Source: a virus
Length of the DNA: 64,000 nt
Virus record (IMG/VR): IMGVR_UViG_3300026521_000527
Span: 32,001-96,000 of that record
Direction: 5' to 3' (one strand)
The notes beneath the pieces were generated by a model, which worked only from the letters and a program-made list of their open reading frames with translations, made no database searches and was not told the DNA's origin. Made by a program: the position numbers and the translations under genes. Positions 10,115 through 20,421 of the stretch are shown here, piece after piece (the first letter of the stretch is position 1; each line of letters begins with the position of its first letter).

Positions 10115-11698
10115 TTGCATATGGCAAAAATTATAGATCCTGATGGATTAGTAAGATCTTCAACTCGCGAAAAACTTGGAGAAGATGGAAATATTTGGAT
10201 AGATACTGCAACAAGAACCATAAGTCTAGCTGAATATGATCAATTAACATCTGATGGTGTTACAATTCAAGCATTGTATTCTTATTTAAAAGAAGAATGG
10301 AATACCGATCCAGAATTAATTAAATTCCCTTTCCCTATGGTTGCGATTACTTCAGAGCAATTTGAGTTCGTTGAAGATTGGCAACCCGCAGATTTTACTA
10401 CGGTTAATTTATTTAAAGATGGTGGGTTCGCGGTACAAGATTCTGCAGGATATGCTTCAAGCATGTTTGCCGGAATTATTACATTGGGTGAAATTGGATC
10501 AGAAGACCAAGTTTATTATCAACAACGTCAAGACGGTGAAGCAAGAAATGTTGTTCTTACTGGAGCGGTGAATCAATCAATTAAAGTTTATTCATATGCT
10601 AAAGGTACAGATATATCTTTCGCAGAAACAGATAGTAAAATTACTTCAACTGATACAAACTTAGCTGCATTTACCACAGGCGATATTATAGAAATATCTG
10701 GTACTTCAAATAATGATGGTGAGTTCACGATTACTGAAATTGTAAGCCCGAATGAAATTAAAGTTCAGGAAGCTTTAGTTGATGAAGACGCTGGTTCCGA
10801 AGTGGAATTAAAAGCGGATTATCGCTCTTATTTCAAAATTTTCGTAAGAGAGCAGGCTAAACTTTATGCACAATCTGAGCAATCAGATATTGGTGTATCT
10901 TCATTTACATATCAAGCTTATCGTTTCCCTCTGGCGAATGCAAGTGACCTTAAAATTACACATAATGATGATGATATTGCAAGTGATCTTCCATATACTG
11001 ATATGAGCATCACTTATTATTCAGAAAATCAGACAAGGACAATCGGTTCTGATGATTATGATTTTAATATTATTATTGATGCAGATGTTGCTGATGATGG
11101 AAATCTACCAACAGCTGAAGAAATTTATGAGTTTGTACAATATAGCTTGCGTCAAAATAATGACATTGATTCGGGAGATGGTACAGTTATTGGTAAAACA
11201 GCCTCGTCTCTTTTGAAATTCGTAGGAGATACACTTGTAACTTCAGATGGCGTATTTATCGATAATTTCTCAGAAACTGATATCAACAGAATTGAATTCT
11301 ATGATGTAACAGGAATTAAAAGGGTATTCCCATTCGTCGCAGCTGGTTCAATTAACTTTAATGATAACCTTGTGCAAGATGAAGGTGCTGAATATAGAAT
11401 GTTCTTTACAGACGCAAATGGGCATAAATTTGGTGAACCTGATGCAATTATCGTTCAAGATAATGATGGTGATGAAATTGCTGGATCTGTTCCAGGATCA
11501 CAAGTTCAATTTACTTTCGATTATGATGGTAATGATCAAGGTGGGCGTACACCAGGTGAAGATGCTCCAATCACAATTGTTGCAATTGGACTCAATAGAG
11601 CGCAATATATTAAAGCGAATGGTGTTATAGCAAGAACTAACGCGAATAGTATATCGCTGGTTGCATCTTTAGAAAGAAATTACAGTAATCCTGAGTAA
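10115..11698 (+). CDS. Virion structural protein
   Basis: 527 aa, acidic and beta-rich; N-terminal GVTIQALYSYLKEEW...FPFPM...FEFVEDWQPAD domain shared with 14381 and 14923 ORFs; ends ERNYSNPE. Confidence 0.65.
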   Translation: MHMAKIIDPDGLVRSSTREKLGEDGNIWIDTATRTISLAEYDQLTSDGVTIQALYSYLKEEWNTDPELIKFPFPMVAITSEQFEFVEDWQPADFTTVNLFKDGGFAVQDSAGYASSMFAGIITLGEIGSEDQVYYQQRQDGEARNVVLTGAVNQSIKVYSYAKGTDISFAETDSKITSTDTNLAAFTTGDIIEISGTSNNDGEFTITEIVSPNEIKVQEALVDEDAGSEVELKADYRSYFKIFVREQAKLYAQSEQSDIGVSSFTYQAYRFPLANASDLKITHNDDDIASDLPYTDMSITYYSENQTRTIGSDDYDFNIIIDADVADDGNLPTAEEIYEFVQYSLRQNNDIDSGDGTVIGKTASSLLKFVGDTLVTSDGVFIDNFSETDINRIEFYDVTGIKRVFPFVAAGSINFNDNLVQDEGAEYRMFFTDANGHKFGEPDAIIVQDNDGDEIAGSVPGSQVQFTFDYDGNDQGGRTPGEDAPITIVAIGLNRAQYIKANGVIARTNANSISLVASLERNYSNPE

Positions 11699-11744
11699 AG
11701 CCCATGTTGCCAACAGGCCGGAATAGTTTATTTAATTAGCTTCT

Positions 11745-11764
11745 TAAGGGGGTTCGCCCCCTTA
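11745..11764 (+). terminator. GC-rich UUCG-tetraloop hairpin
   Basis: taaggggg-ttcg-ccccctta downstream of the 10115..11698 gene; U-tract is weak. Confidence 0.55.
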
Positions 11765-11796
11765 GTTAGATATCAGAATTAAAACTGGAGAAAACT

Positions 11797-12816
11797 ATGA
11801 ATTTATCTTTTGAATCAATGCACAAGTGTTTTCCAAATAATAAATACAAACATTGGTATATTAATTTAATAGAAAAAGCTAATCTCAGAAGGGGTGGGGA
11901 TATCCCCACCCCTTCTGAGAAACATCATGTGTTTCCAGTTTCAATCTTCGGCAAAAATAAATTAACCGTTAAATTATCTCTTCGTGAGCATTTTATAGCT
12001 CACCTTTTACTCGCAAATATCTATAAAAATAACCCAGAAAATCTTCAAATAAATAAAATAAATTATCAAAAGATGTCAAAAGCAGTTATGTGTTTAATGG
12101 ACACTGATAAATTAAAAAACAGAACTCGATTGGCTTCGAAAGAGTTCGAGTGCACTCGAACTCAAATGCATTTAAATCAAAAGAGATTCTGGAAAAAATA
12201 TTGGTCCGATATTAAAAATAGGAAAGCTGCGAGTCTCAGGCGCAAAAGGTTTCTAAAGAACTCGATCAATAAAAATAAATTAATTCAAATCAATAGAGAA
12301 ATTACTTCACACCCTGAGTTTAAAGCAAAACGTAGTCAATTTCAAAAAGAGTTCTTTAGAAACCTATCTGAAGAAGAAAAAGTAAAACGTATTAGGTTAC
12401 TGAATTCTCCAGAGGCTAAAGAAAAAGCTAGAATTAAACGCAAAGAAACAATTGAAAGAATGACGCCAGAAGAACGTAAAGCGAAGTTTGCAAATAATTT
12501 CACTTTTGAACGGAAAGAGAGACAACGAAATCAAATTAAAGATAGGCTCGCCCTTTTCAAGGGCTCCGAAAAAAGAATGATTGATGTAAAAAACACGACA
12601 GAATTATTTAAATTAATAAAATCTGGTTGGGTTCCGTTGTTTATAAAACATTCCAAATTAATTCAAGCAGTTGAGTCAAAAAAATACTCTCAGAAAGAAG
12701 CAGCTGAAAAAGCACAGATGAGTCACTCTGCTTTTAATAAATTATATAATAAATATATCAGTATTTATAAAAATAAATATAAAGGAATAGAATGTCAATT
12801 AGAGATCACATCCTAG
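11797..12816 (+). CDS. Free-standing HNH homing endonuclease (T4 Mob-like) with basic DNA-binding region and C-terminal HTH
   Basis: YINLIEKA...EKHHVFPVS...LSLREHFIAHLLL; K/R-rich middle; YSQKEAAEKAQMSHSAFNK HTH; basic composition contrasts with acidic neighbours. Confidence 0.8.
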   Translation: MNLSFESMHKCFPNNKYKHWYINLIEKANLRRGGDIPTPSEKHHVFPVSIFGKNKLTVKLSLREHFIAHLLLANIYKNNPENLQINKINYQKMSKAVMCLMDTDKLKNRTRLASKEFECTRTQMHLNQKRFWKKYWSDIKNRKAASLRRKRFLKNSINKNKLIQINREITSHPEFKAKRSQFQKEFFRNLSEEEKVKRIRLLNSPEAKEKARIKRKETIERMTPEERKAKFANNFTFERKERQRNQIKDRLALFKGSEKRMIDVKNTTELFKLIKSGWVPLFIKHSKLIQAVESKKYSQKEAAEKAQMSHSAFNKLYNKYISIYKNKYKGIECQLEITS

Positions 12817-14369
12817 ATTTAGGTGCAAGACATTTTTTTACTTTCGATAATAAAGAAAAAGATGAAGATGGGATTGAGTCAGAGACACCGACAAAAATAA
12901 AAGATGGTGAATACAGTTTTGTAGAGAGGCCTGTTTGTGAGGGATTTAGATATAGTTTAAAATCAACGAATGCTGATGATGACACGACGAGAACTAACGG
13001 CGCAACTCTTAAAAATCAAAAAGATATTAATACATCATCTGCTAATAAATATTGGAATAATTCAAATGGGACTTGGATGTTCTGGACTAGAATTTATAAA
13101 GCGGATAACCCTTCAGTTATTTATGAACAAGGAGCTAGTGTTAATAATATCGCTTTTATTTCAGGAACAGGGGGACTTTTTTCATTCCAAGCAGCGGATG
13201 ATGAAAGACCATTTTTGATTGCTTTTACTAAATGGCCTATCGAAGAAATGAGAAATTATTTTCTCGTTGGTCGTTGGGAAAAAGCAAGTTATTCTGGAGA
13301 AAGTGACAATAGAATTCTATTTTATGTCAATGGAGTTCTTCAACGAACGATTATGATTTCTGAAAATACTGATGAATTTCCAACACACAGTGGGGATATA
13401 AATGTCGGCAATTCAGACGATAGTCTAAAATATTATAATGATGATACTGTAAAATTCGCAACCAGAAGAAAATGGTTTAATCTTTTCGCTATGTTTACGA
13501 ATAAGGATTTAGCTGAAGCTGATTTTAGAGAAGTGTTCGAAAGAACTGTAATCCCAGAAATTACAATTCAAGCAGATACTGTCATAAATCAACAGAAAGC
13601 TCTTGATGATTTAATTGGTACTCGTTTCGGAAGTGTCAATTGTGCAATCAGAATAGTTCAAGCAACCGACGCAACCGATTATAAATTAATCATCGAAGAT
13701 ATTATGTTTAAACAGAATGAATACATAAAAGATATAAATATTCAGTTCGTTGGAACTGGAAGTCTTTTAGTTGATTGTGCTAATGGAACTAACGTTGAAA
13801 TAGTAAGTACCCCTCCGGAAGTCGAATTGGTTGATGAAACACTTGATGGTGGTGGATCAATATCTGTTCAGCTAGATAGTCTAAGAATTCATAATACTGA
13901 TGACTTAGAAAATATAAATATATCCGGAAATTTATATTTAAAAATAGATTCTGAAGATGATCATCTAGAATTAAATTATCATAATGTTAGAGTCCAAGGG
14001 AAAGTTTTTAACGAGACTGATAAATCAATAACTATCAACGCTAATACAACATGTCATTTAGAAGCAGATCAACCTGGAATTGGGTCAGGTGAGGTAAATA
14101 TTCAAACAACCCATAACTTAACTCTAAATAATGTCATTATTGGATCAGAAGTCCGTCTATATAATAATGATTTAACTGAAGAAATATTTGGAGTAGAAGA
14201 AGCAGATGATAGTGATATTTCAATAGATTATCTTAATAGTTATCCTGGTGCTGTCCTTGTAATTTTCAAAAAAGACTATGAAGTAATAAGAATGGCACTT
14301 GATTTGGGTAATGGTGATATTACTATCCCAATCCAACAACGCAAAGATAAATGGTACACTAACCCATAA
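12792..14369 (+). CDS. Virion protein with N-terminal concanavalin-A/LamG-like domain
   Basis: HFFTFD...TWMFWTR...YFLVGRW...LFYVNGVL...INVGN fits the LamG pattern; C-terminus LTLNNVIIGSEVRLY...IPIQQRKDKWYTNP. Confidence 0.6.
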   Translation: MSIRDHILDLGARHFFTFDNKEKDEDGIESETPTKIKDGEYSFVERPVCEGFRYSLKSTNADDDTTRTNGATLKNQKDINTSSANKYWNNSNGTWMFWTRIYKADNPSVIYEQGASVNNIAFISGTGGLFSFQAADDERPFLIAFTKWPIEEMRNYFLVGRWEKASYSGESDNRILFYVNGVLQRTIMISENTDEFPTHSGDINVGNSDDSLKYYNDDTVKFATRRKWFNLFAMFTNKDLAEADFREVFERTVIPEITIQADTVINQQKALDDLIGTRFGSVNCAIRIVQATDATDYKLIIEDIMFKQNEYIKDINIQFVGTGSLLVDCANGTNVEIVSTPPEVELVDETLDGGGSISVQLDSLRIHNTDDLENINISGNLYLKIDSEDDHLELNYHNVRVQGKVFNETDKSITINANTTCHLEADQPGIGSGEVNIQTTHNLTLNNVIIGSEVRLYNNDLTEEIFGVEEADDSDISIDYLNSYPGAVLVIFKKDYEVIRMALDLGNGDITIPIQQRKDKWYTNP

Positions 14370-14380
14370 AAGGAGATAAA

Positions 14381-14914
14381 ATGAAATATAAAATTATGTC
14401 AAGTACTGGTGGAAATAAAGATTATTTAAATGGAATAATATTTGATTATGTTATACCAAATAAAGAAATAGGTACTGTAGTAAAATGTTTTGGAGATGAG
14501 TACAAAATAACTCAAACTGGAAAAATTTTGGTGCTTAGTAATCTCAATAATGTTTTGACTCTAATGGAAATTGAAGACCCTTTAGATAAAATTAAAAAAG
14601 AAAGTCAAAAGAGTGCAAAAGAACTCAAACCCAATAGAGATTTCGATTTATTTTTAGAAGACAAAACACTAAAATTATATAAAACTCCAGCAACTGAAAA
14701 TTTAACATTCGATGAGTTATTTGGAACTCTAAAGAAAGAATTTTCTTTCATAAAAGAATTAAGAGGAATTGATTTTAATACAGTCTTTGATTACAATGAA
14801 GAATTTGATATATTCACATTCCTTAATGATTGGAATTGGGCAGATGATGAGAGCAAAGAAATTATTAAAAAAGGAACTTGGGGTAGAAAAAACAAGTTCG
14901 ATAGATCTATTTAA
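14381..14914 (+). CDS. Hypothetical virion-operon protein, paralogous domain to the 10115 ORF
   Basis: LTFDELFGTLKKEF...FTFLNDWNWADDESKEIIKKGTW aligns by eye with VTIQALYSYLKEEW...FEFVEDWQPADFTTVNLFKDGGF. Confidence 0.6.
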   Translation: MKYKIMSSTGGNKDYLNGIIFDYVIPNKEIGTVVKCFGDEYKITQTGKILVLSNLNNVLTLMEIEDPLDKIKKESQKSAKELKPNRDFDLFLEDKTLKLYKTPATENLTFDELFGTLKKEFSFIKELRGIDFNTVFDYNEEFDIFTFLNDWNWADDESKEIIKKGTWGRKNKFDRSI

Positions 14915-14922
14915 AAGGATAG

Positions 14923-15414
14923 TTGATGAAAGTTACATTCGATGGTCCAAATAAATTAATTAAAATAAATGATGATGTAACTTATATTGATGTTGGTACT
15001 GATTTATATAGCGCGTGGAAACATTGGTGGTTAGAAGATGATAATTCTAAATACTCTCAAGCTTTTCGAACATTCGGTGGGGATCCGACAAATGCTGATG
15101 GAACCCAGTTCGCCCCTCAATATTTTTTTCTAATGAATGGTTGGCGAGTGGTCGTCGATGGAACTAATGTTACCTTTCATACGAATCTTTATACAGATGA
15201 GGGGGATTCACCTTATATTGTCGAAAATAATGGTTCAGTAAGTGCAGCTATATCTGACGCTCAAGTTGTAGATCTAAGTAAAAGTATAAATAATAATATC
15301 TGGGAGTTATTATTATCAGAACATCATGAACCTGGATCATTCGGTGAGATAATTCAAAAAATATTAGTAAACACAAGCAGATCAGCCAGCATTGGTATAG
15401 ACCAAGGAGAATAA
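14923..15414 (+). CDS. Virion structural protein (same domain family)
   Basis: VTFDGPNKLI...DLYSAWKHWW...NSKYSQAFRTFGGDP...YFFLMNGWRV. Confidence 0.6.
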   Translation: MMKVTFDGPNKLIKINDDVTYIDVGTDLYSAWKHWWLEDDNSKYSQAFRTFGGDPTNADGTQFAPQYFFLMNGWRVVVDGTNVTFHTNLYTDEGDSPYIVENNGSVSAAISDAQVVDLSKSINNNIWELLLSEHHEPGSFGEIIQKILVNTSRSASIGIDQGE

Positions 15415-16722
15415 ATGCAAGACGTAAAAAATAATATTATACAATTAGAAGAAAAACTTCAAAAAGAAATTATTCAGAGAAAACATCTGGTTCAAATTTT
15501 TGAAAATAAATATAATAATTTTGAAAAAGAACTAGAGTATTTTATAGATGATTTAAAAACTGATTTTGAAGGGATTAGATTAAATAAACCACCATCTGAT
15601 ATTAATATAGAATTAACTACCTTTAAATTAAATTTTAGAAAATTACTAAAAGTGGTTAAAAATGACACAAAAGAATCATTAAAAAATTTGGCTGATCAAT
15701 TGAAGTTAAGTCATGAAAATTTAGAAAGTATTTTCAATAAAAAACTTCAACAGGCAATAGAGTCACAAAGAACTCTTTTGACGCAAAAATTTAAAAATAT
15801 AAACAATCAATACTCAACATTAAAAGATTCTTTTAGGTTTATAACAGACACAACATTACCAAATTTTGATAAAAGATTAACATCCAGTATTAATAAAATG
15901 CAGAATAATGTTAATCGTATGCAGAATGAATTAAAATCATTGGACACTAGAGTTCAAAAGAACTCAATTGAGCTTCAAAATAAATTCGATGCAGTTATGA
16001 GTTTCTATAAAAAAGAGAATCAATCTTTTAAAGAAAAAATATCGAGCCTGGAGTTCAAAAGAACTCAAACTCTGGAAAATAAAATAAAAAATCTAGAGAC
16101 TCAATTAAAAGATTTACTTGATTCTTTTAATAAAACAAGTAAATCTCCAGCAAGAAATACCATACAAAAAGATTTAAATGAATTAATAACTTCTCAAAAA
16201 GAAATTCAATTAAATTTGGAAATGGTTGAGTCTAGACTCACTCAAGTGAATAAAAATTCAAAAGAGATTGATAACCTAAAAAAAGAAAATATATCTTTAT
16301 CTGAAATAATTAATTCAACTCAAAATACAATAAACCAACATCAATTAAAAATTACATCAATTATTGAGAGGCATCAATCTATTTTAAATACTCAAGATAC
16401 CATTAATAATTCCATAAATCTCATAAAAAAGACTGCATTGGATACTAGAAAAGAGTTTATTCAAGAATTTGAAGATTTAACTATTGAATTTTTAAAGGCA
16501 CGGGGTATATTTGAAAAACATTCGAGAAAAGCAGACGAAAAAATTATCTACCTGGAGTCAAAAATAACTCAAATTGTATCACAAAAAGATAAAGAAATAA
16601 AAGAAGCAAATAAAAAAATTAAAGCTTTGGAGAATAGTCAAAAAGAACTCAAAGAGCAAAATATTTTATTTGAAAATGAATTAAGAGGAATTAAAGAGAG
16701 TATTGATTTATTATCAATATAG
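15415..16722 (+). CDS. Coiled-coil hypothetical protein
   Basis: 435 aa, continuous heptad-like K/E/L/I composition. Confidence 0.7.
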   Translation: MQDVKNNIIQLEEKLQKEIIQRKHLVQIFENKYNNFEKELEYFIDDLKTDFEGIRLNKPPSDINIELTTFKLNFRKLLKVVKNDTKESLKNLADQLKLSHENLESIFNKKLQQAIESQRTLLTQKFKNINNQYSTLKDSFRFITDTTLPNFDKRLTSSINKMQNNVNRMQNELKSLDTRVQKNSIELQNKFDAVMSFYKKENQSFKEKISSLEFKRTQTLENKIKNLETQLKDLLDSFNKTSKSPARNTIQKDLNELITSQKEIQLNLEMVESRLTQVNKNSKEIDNLKKENISLSEIINSTQNTINQHQLKITSIIERHQSILNTQDTINNSINLIKKTALDTRKEFIQEFEDLTIEFLKARGIFEKHSRKADEKIIYLESKITQIVSQKDKEIKEANKKIKALENSQKELKEQNILFENELRGIKESIDLLSI

Positions 16723-16739
16723 ATAAGAATGGAGAAGAT

Positions 16740-17135
16740 ATGGAAAAAAATAATATCAAACAAGTCGCCGAAAATACAAAGGATATCTATTCTAGAAAAT
16801 TAAATATCCTTATTAAAAAGATCCAAGATCAATCTAAAATTATAAAAGATTTTAAATTAGAATCATACAAAGAGAATTATGATGATTTATTAAAAGAATT
16901 TGATATTTTGAAAAATAAATACATAAAGAGTTCAGAAGAACTCATTGAATTAAAAAAAGAAATGGTTTTACTAAAAAAATTAATTAAAAGTAAAACAGAA
17001 GTTCTAGAAGAAGTTAAAAATAGTAGTAGTTTATTATTTGAAAGCATCTCACAAAATAATAATAAATTAAAAAAAGAAATAATAGAAGATATAGATAAAT
17101 ATGTTGAAAAAAAATTATTAAAGTTATTATCATGA
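16740..17135 (+). CDS. Coiled-coil hypothetical protein
   Basis: 131 aa, heptad pattern, SD GGAG. Confidence 0.65.
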   Translation: MEKNNIKQVAENTKDIYSRKLNILIKKIQDQSKIIKDFKLESYKENYDDLLKEFDILKNKYIKSSEELIELKKEMVLLKKLIKSKTEVLEEVKNSSSLLFESISQNNNKLKKEIIEDIDKYVEKKLLKLLS

Positions 17136-17626
17136 TGAAATGTCCGAATGATGCTTTGCTAAAAACTTATAAATTATTTCCAAGATTACATGAGTTTAAT
17201 TATATGAGAGATAAATATTTTATTTATGTTTATCTTAATCCTTTTAAAGAATACAGTACCTCCTATAAATTCAAGGTAAAGGATATTAACTTCTGTTCAG
17301 CATTTGAGCCAATTTATGTGGGTAAAGGGACTAATGGGAATGGTTATAGACACAACCAACATATAAGTGCATTTTTAAATAATAAAGAAAATAACAGTAT
17401 CAAAATAAATATGTTTAAAAACATTGAAAAAGAGATGCAGAAAGCGAAAGAATTAAAACTTGTAAATAAGCCGTGGAATTGGCAAGAATATCAGAAGAGT
17501 TGGGTATTCGTAGTTAGATCATTGAATTCTCAAGAAGAACTTAAACAATTTGAGATGGCAATGATTAATGAAATAGGTACTCGTTGGGATGCAACAGGAC
17601 CTCTAGTAAATAAAATTAAAAATTAA
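17132..17626 (+). CDS. GIY-YIG family nuclease (catalytic domain only)
   Basis: YFIYVYL...PIYVGKG...YRHNQH...FEMAMINEIG...GPLVNK gives the GIY-YIG Y/Y/G/R/E/N set. Confidence 0.7.
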   Translation: MMKCPNDALLKTYKLFPRLHEFNYMRDKYFIYVYLNPFKEYSTSYKFKVKDINFCSAFEPIYVGKGTNGNGYRHNQHISAFLNNKENNSIKINMFKNIEKEMQKAKELKLVNKPWNWQEYQKSWVFVVRSLNSQEELKQFEMAMINEIGTRWDATGPLVNKIKN

Positions 17627-17633
17627 AAATTAA

Positions 17634-17661
17634 AAACTATCTTGGCTAACCAAGATAGTTT
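17634..17661. terminator. Hairpin at the convergence of the plus and minus gene blocks (possible bidirectional terminator)
   Basis: aaactatcttgg-ctaa-ccaagatagttt; overlaps the TAG of 17646..18041. Confidence 0.6.
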
Positions 17662-18041
17662 GATCTAATAAATTCCCATTCATTTAAAGAAATTATCTCC
17701 CTAAGAATAAGTCCATCCTTAAAAACAATCTCTAGATGAATTTCATCTATCTCCCCATTATAAACCTTTTTATCATTTATAAATAAAATCTCATTAAGAT
17801 TAATAAAATAATTATTTAGACTAAATAAACTATACTCATGAAATAATTTAAAAGTGCTGTAGTTATTTTTAAATCTCACTGGTTGGTGTTTAGTGCTGCT
17901 TTTATATTTCCAAAATAATTCAGTCTCTATAAACTTAGCACCTCGGTTAATGATTTTCAAATAAGAAATATTATTAAAATTCAAACGAGTACCTCCGAAA
18001 GAGGTACTCAAACCAGTCTTAACTCTATTAAATGTTTTCAT
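17646..18041 (-). CDS. Hypothetical protein
   Basis: 131-aa ORF with SD upstream. Confidence 0.65.
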   Translation of the reverse strand: MKTFNRVKTGLSTSFGGTRLNFNNISYLKIINRGAKFIETELFWKYKSSTKHQPVRFKNNYSTFKLFHEYSLFSLNNYFINLNEILFINDKKVYNGEIDEIHLEIVFKDGLILREIISLNEWEFIRSNYLG

Positions 18042-18055
18042 TAATTACCTTCATC

Positions 18056-19471
18056 TTATTTAAGGGTTTTCTTCATAAGGACTATAAATTTCTCCATAAA
18101 ATTAAGGTATTCATCAAATGACAATTGTAATGAATTATAATTATCATCAAGATAATGATTTATATTTAATTTTAACATCAAGTCTTTCGACATCGCCTCG
18201 AAAATCTCATCAACAATTTCCCTATCCCTAAAATGTTCGTAAAAATATCTCCATAAATGTTTATTTAATAATTCTTTTATGATAACTCTATTCTTTTTAG
18301 CATTAACTCTTTTAAAGAAATTACTATTTACTTTATGATATCTACTTTCCTTAAGAACAGCATTATTTGTAAATTTTAAACTAGTGCTGTAAAAATACAT
18401 ATGATCGACAAATGGCATATTATCTCTATATGAAGCAAATACGTCGAAATAATTTGGTTCGAAAAAATGCTGAGTATAATCATCATCAAGTAATGAAAAA
18501 TCTCTTTTTATTAATTTCTTATTTTTCATTATATGTGAAAATACTAATGAGTTTATAATAAACTTTTTAGGATCTGTTTGAGTTCCATGATCAAATAAGA
18601 GATCGAAATTTTCATGGAAAAGACCTTCAAGTTGTTTAAAATAACCTATCTTCACCTTAGTTAGATTTGTCGCATAAAAACTAAAAAGATTTTTATGAAT
18701 TAATGTTATATAACTACTAAAGATTGCTCTCAGAGTAAATGGATTTTTATTTCTAACAGCGACTAACATTATATATTTAAGAATTTTCTCGACAATAAAA
18801 TCTGGTGTTATCATTAACACATCATAATAAAATTCTCCAATTTTAGTTTTACTATTATATTTCATTAACCACTGTTCAATTAATGATTTGATAGTTAAAG
18901 TAAACTTAGTTAATTCTTCTTTATAAGCAATCAAATCATAAATCTCTCTGATGAAAATTTCAGCTGGATTTTTAGAACCATTAATATTTTTAATACCATT
19001 CTTTTCAAGATACGGCTTGGCAACCTGATCAATAACTTTAAGGAAATAATGATAACTAACTAAAGTCATTCTTTGAACGCCAGTTTCAAACATTGTTAAC
19101 GGAATTGGATCCATGATGTTATCAATAATTGCTTTGAATCTTTCTGCTTCCATCTCCCCCTTTGTGTCCAAAAGAAACTTATGTTCTGTTTTAACATTTT
19201 CATTAATTATTTTAGATACAACTAAACTAAACTCATCAAATAATTCAGCACCAAATTGAGGAATATAATTTTTTTTAGAAGCTTTAAGATTTTTGGAGAC
19301 TAAATTCCAGTCAATAATTTCTTCAAATTTATTATATAACCACGATTGAACTCGAGCATCTATGTTATATTTTTCGAGGTATGCTTCACATACCTCTTCA
19401 ATATCTTTATAATCATATTTTAACTTTACTTCTCGTGATGTGCTTAAATCTTTGCGGACTAACTTCATCAA
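18056..19471 (-). CDS. Hypothetical helical protein
   Basis: 471-aa ORF; no motif recognised. Confidence 0.75.
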   Translation of the reverse strand: MMKLVRKDLSTSREVKLKYDYKDIEEVCEAYLEKYNIDARVQSWLYNKFEEIIDWNLVSKNLKASKKNYIPQFGAELFDEFSLVVSKIINENVKTEHKFLLDTKGEMEAERFKAIIDNIMDPIPLTMFETGVQRMTLVSYHYFLKVIDQVAKPYLEKNGIKNINGSKNPAEIFIREIYDLIAYKEELTKFTLTIKSLIEQWLMKYNSKTKIGEFYYDVLMITPDFIVEKILKYIMLVAVRNKNPFTLRAIFSSYITLIHKNLFSFYATNLTKVKIGYFKQLEGLFHENFDLLFDHGTQTDPKKFIINSLVFSHIMKNKKLIKRDFSLLDDDYTQHFFEPNYFDVFASYRDNMPFVDHMYFYSTSLKFTNNAVLKESRYHKVNSNFFKRVNAKKNRVIIKELLNKHLWRYFYEHFRDREIVDEIFEAMSKDLMLKLNINHYLDDNYNSLQLSFDEYLNFMEKFIVLMKKTLK

Positions 19472-19998
19472 TTCTCCTCTGAGTCAAAATGATCCCAAGG
19501 AAATACGACCCATAAATTTTTATTGACCGATTTTCCAAAAATAATATCGGCTTGTGGTTTTTTATTATACGCAGCACACATAATTATATTTTGATTATCA
19601 GTTACTTGATCTTCCAGAAGAGTTCTAATAGACTCAAGTGTATCACCAGTATCATAAATATCATCAACTACAATAATATTCTTAAATTGATTAAAATCAA
19701 GATTGGGTAATTTTATAGACAATTCTCCTTTTTTAGTACCCGAATAGCTTTGAGCAGATACTAAGTCAATATTTCTATTATTAAAAATATAACTTAAAAT
19801 CTGTGCGCTATATAAACCACCTCTAGCGACTGCCAAAATCAAGGTTTCATCCGGGTCACAAATACCATCGTAAGATTCTAAAATTGTATTAGCTATCTTT
19901 TCGGTACTGTCTTCAATTCCTTTATTTGAGATATAATATTTAGTCATTATCAGCCTCCGTTCTTTCCGGAAATTTATATTTAAATACAGGAAATCCAT
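19468..19998 (-). CDS. Type I purine phosphoribosyltransferase (Gpt/XPRT-like; true start probably 19947)
   Basis: AVARGGL, PRPP-binding loop IIVVDDIYDTGDTL, C-terminal WVVFPWD. Confidence 0.85.
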   Translation of the reverse strand: MDFLYLNINFRKERRLIMTKYYISNKGIEDSTEKIANTILESYDGICDPDETLILAVARGGLYSAQILSYIFNNRNIDLVSAQSYSGTKKGELSIKLPNLDFNQFKNIIVVDDIYDTGDTLESIRTLLEDQVTDNQNIIMCAAYNKKPQADIIFGKSVNKNLWVVFPWDHFDSEEN

Positions 19999-20377
19999 TT
20001 TCTTTTAAGATATCTTGAATGCTTTCACTGACCTCATACATATCACCACCTGGAATATAATCCGGATCTACTGATTGAATAATTCCTTTTTTCGCAGTAG
20101 TTAATCGAATAATATATTTTTTCTCAGTATCAAGGATTAGGTAATTTTTAACTTCAGTATTATTTTTATAGAATTCTTCTGCTTCTTCTGATGTATTAAC
20201 CTCATCAGGTTTTCTAAGAACCTCAATGGATATTAGATTACTCTCTCCGAACATTTTTTGAATCTCTTCTTTTTGCTGTTCGATTTCTAAGTCGCTAATT
20301 AAATCATCTGTTGTTTTTATGCTACCTGATTTATCCACTGGGTTGTTTAGTACTTTTAACTCTGCTGTTTTTTCCAT
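19940..20377 (-). CDS. Hypothetical protein
   Basis: 145-aa acidic ORF with SD. Confidence 0.7.
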   Translation of the reverse strand: MEKTAELKVLNNPVDKSGSIKTTDDLISDLEIEQQKEEIQKMFGESNLISIEVLRKPDEVNTSEEAEEFYKNNTEVKNYLILDTEKKYIIRLTTAKKGIIQSVDPDYIPGGDMYEVSESIQDILKENGFPVFKYKFPERTEADND

Positions 20378-20421
20378 TTAAATATCCTTTAATATTTTAT
20401 AAGCTCATAAAAGCTTCGTAA

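Noticed and set aside
11699-12816. Group I intron carrying the HNH ORF
   Set aside because: The upstream gene ends naturally (YSNPE*), the downstream gene has its own start, and no P/Q/R/S core was recognised.
18056-19471. Sigma-like subunit of a jumbo-phage non-virion RNA polymerase
   Set aside because: Size and helical character fit, but no motif evidence; needs HHpred/Foldseek.
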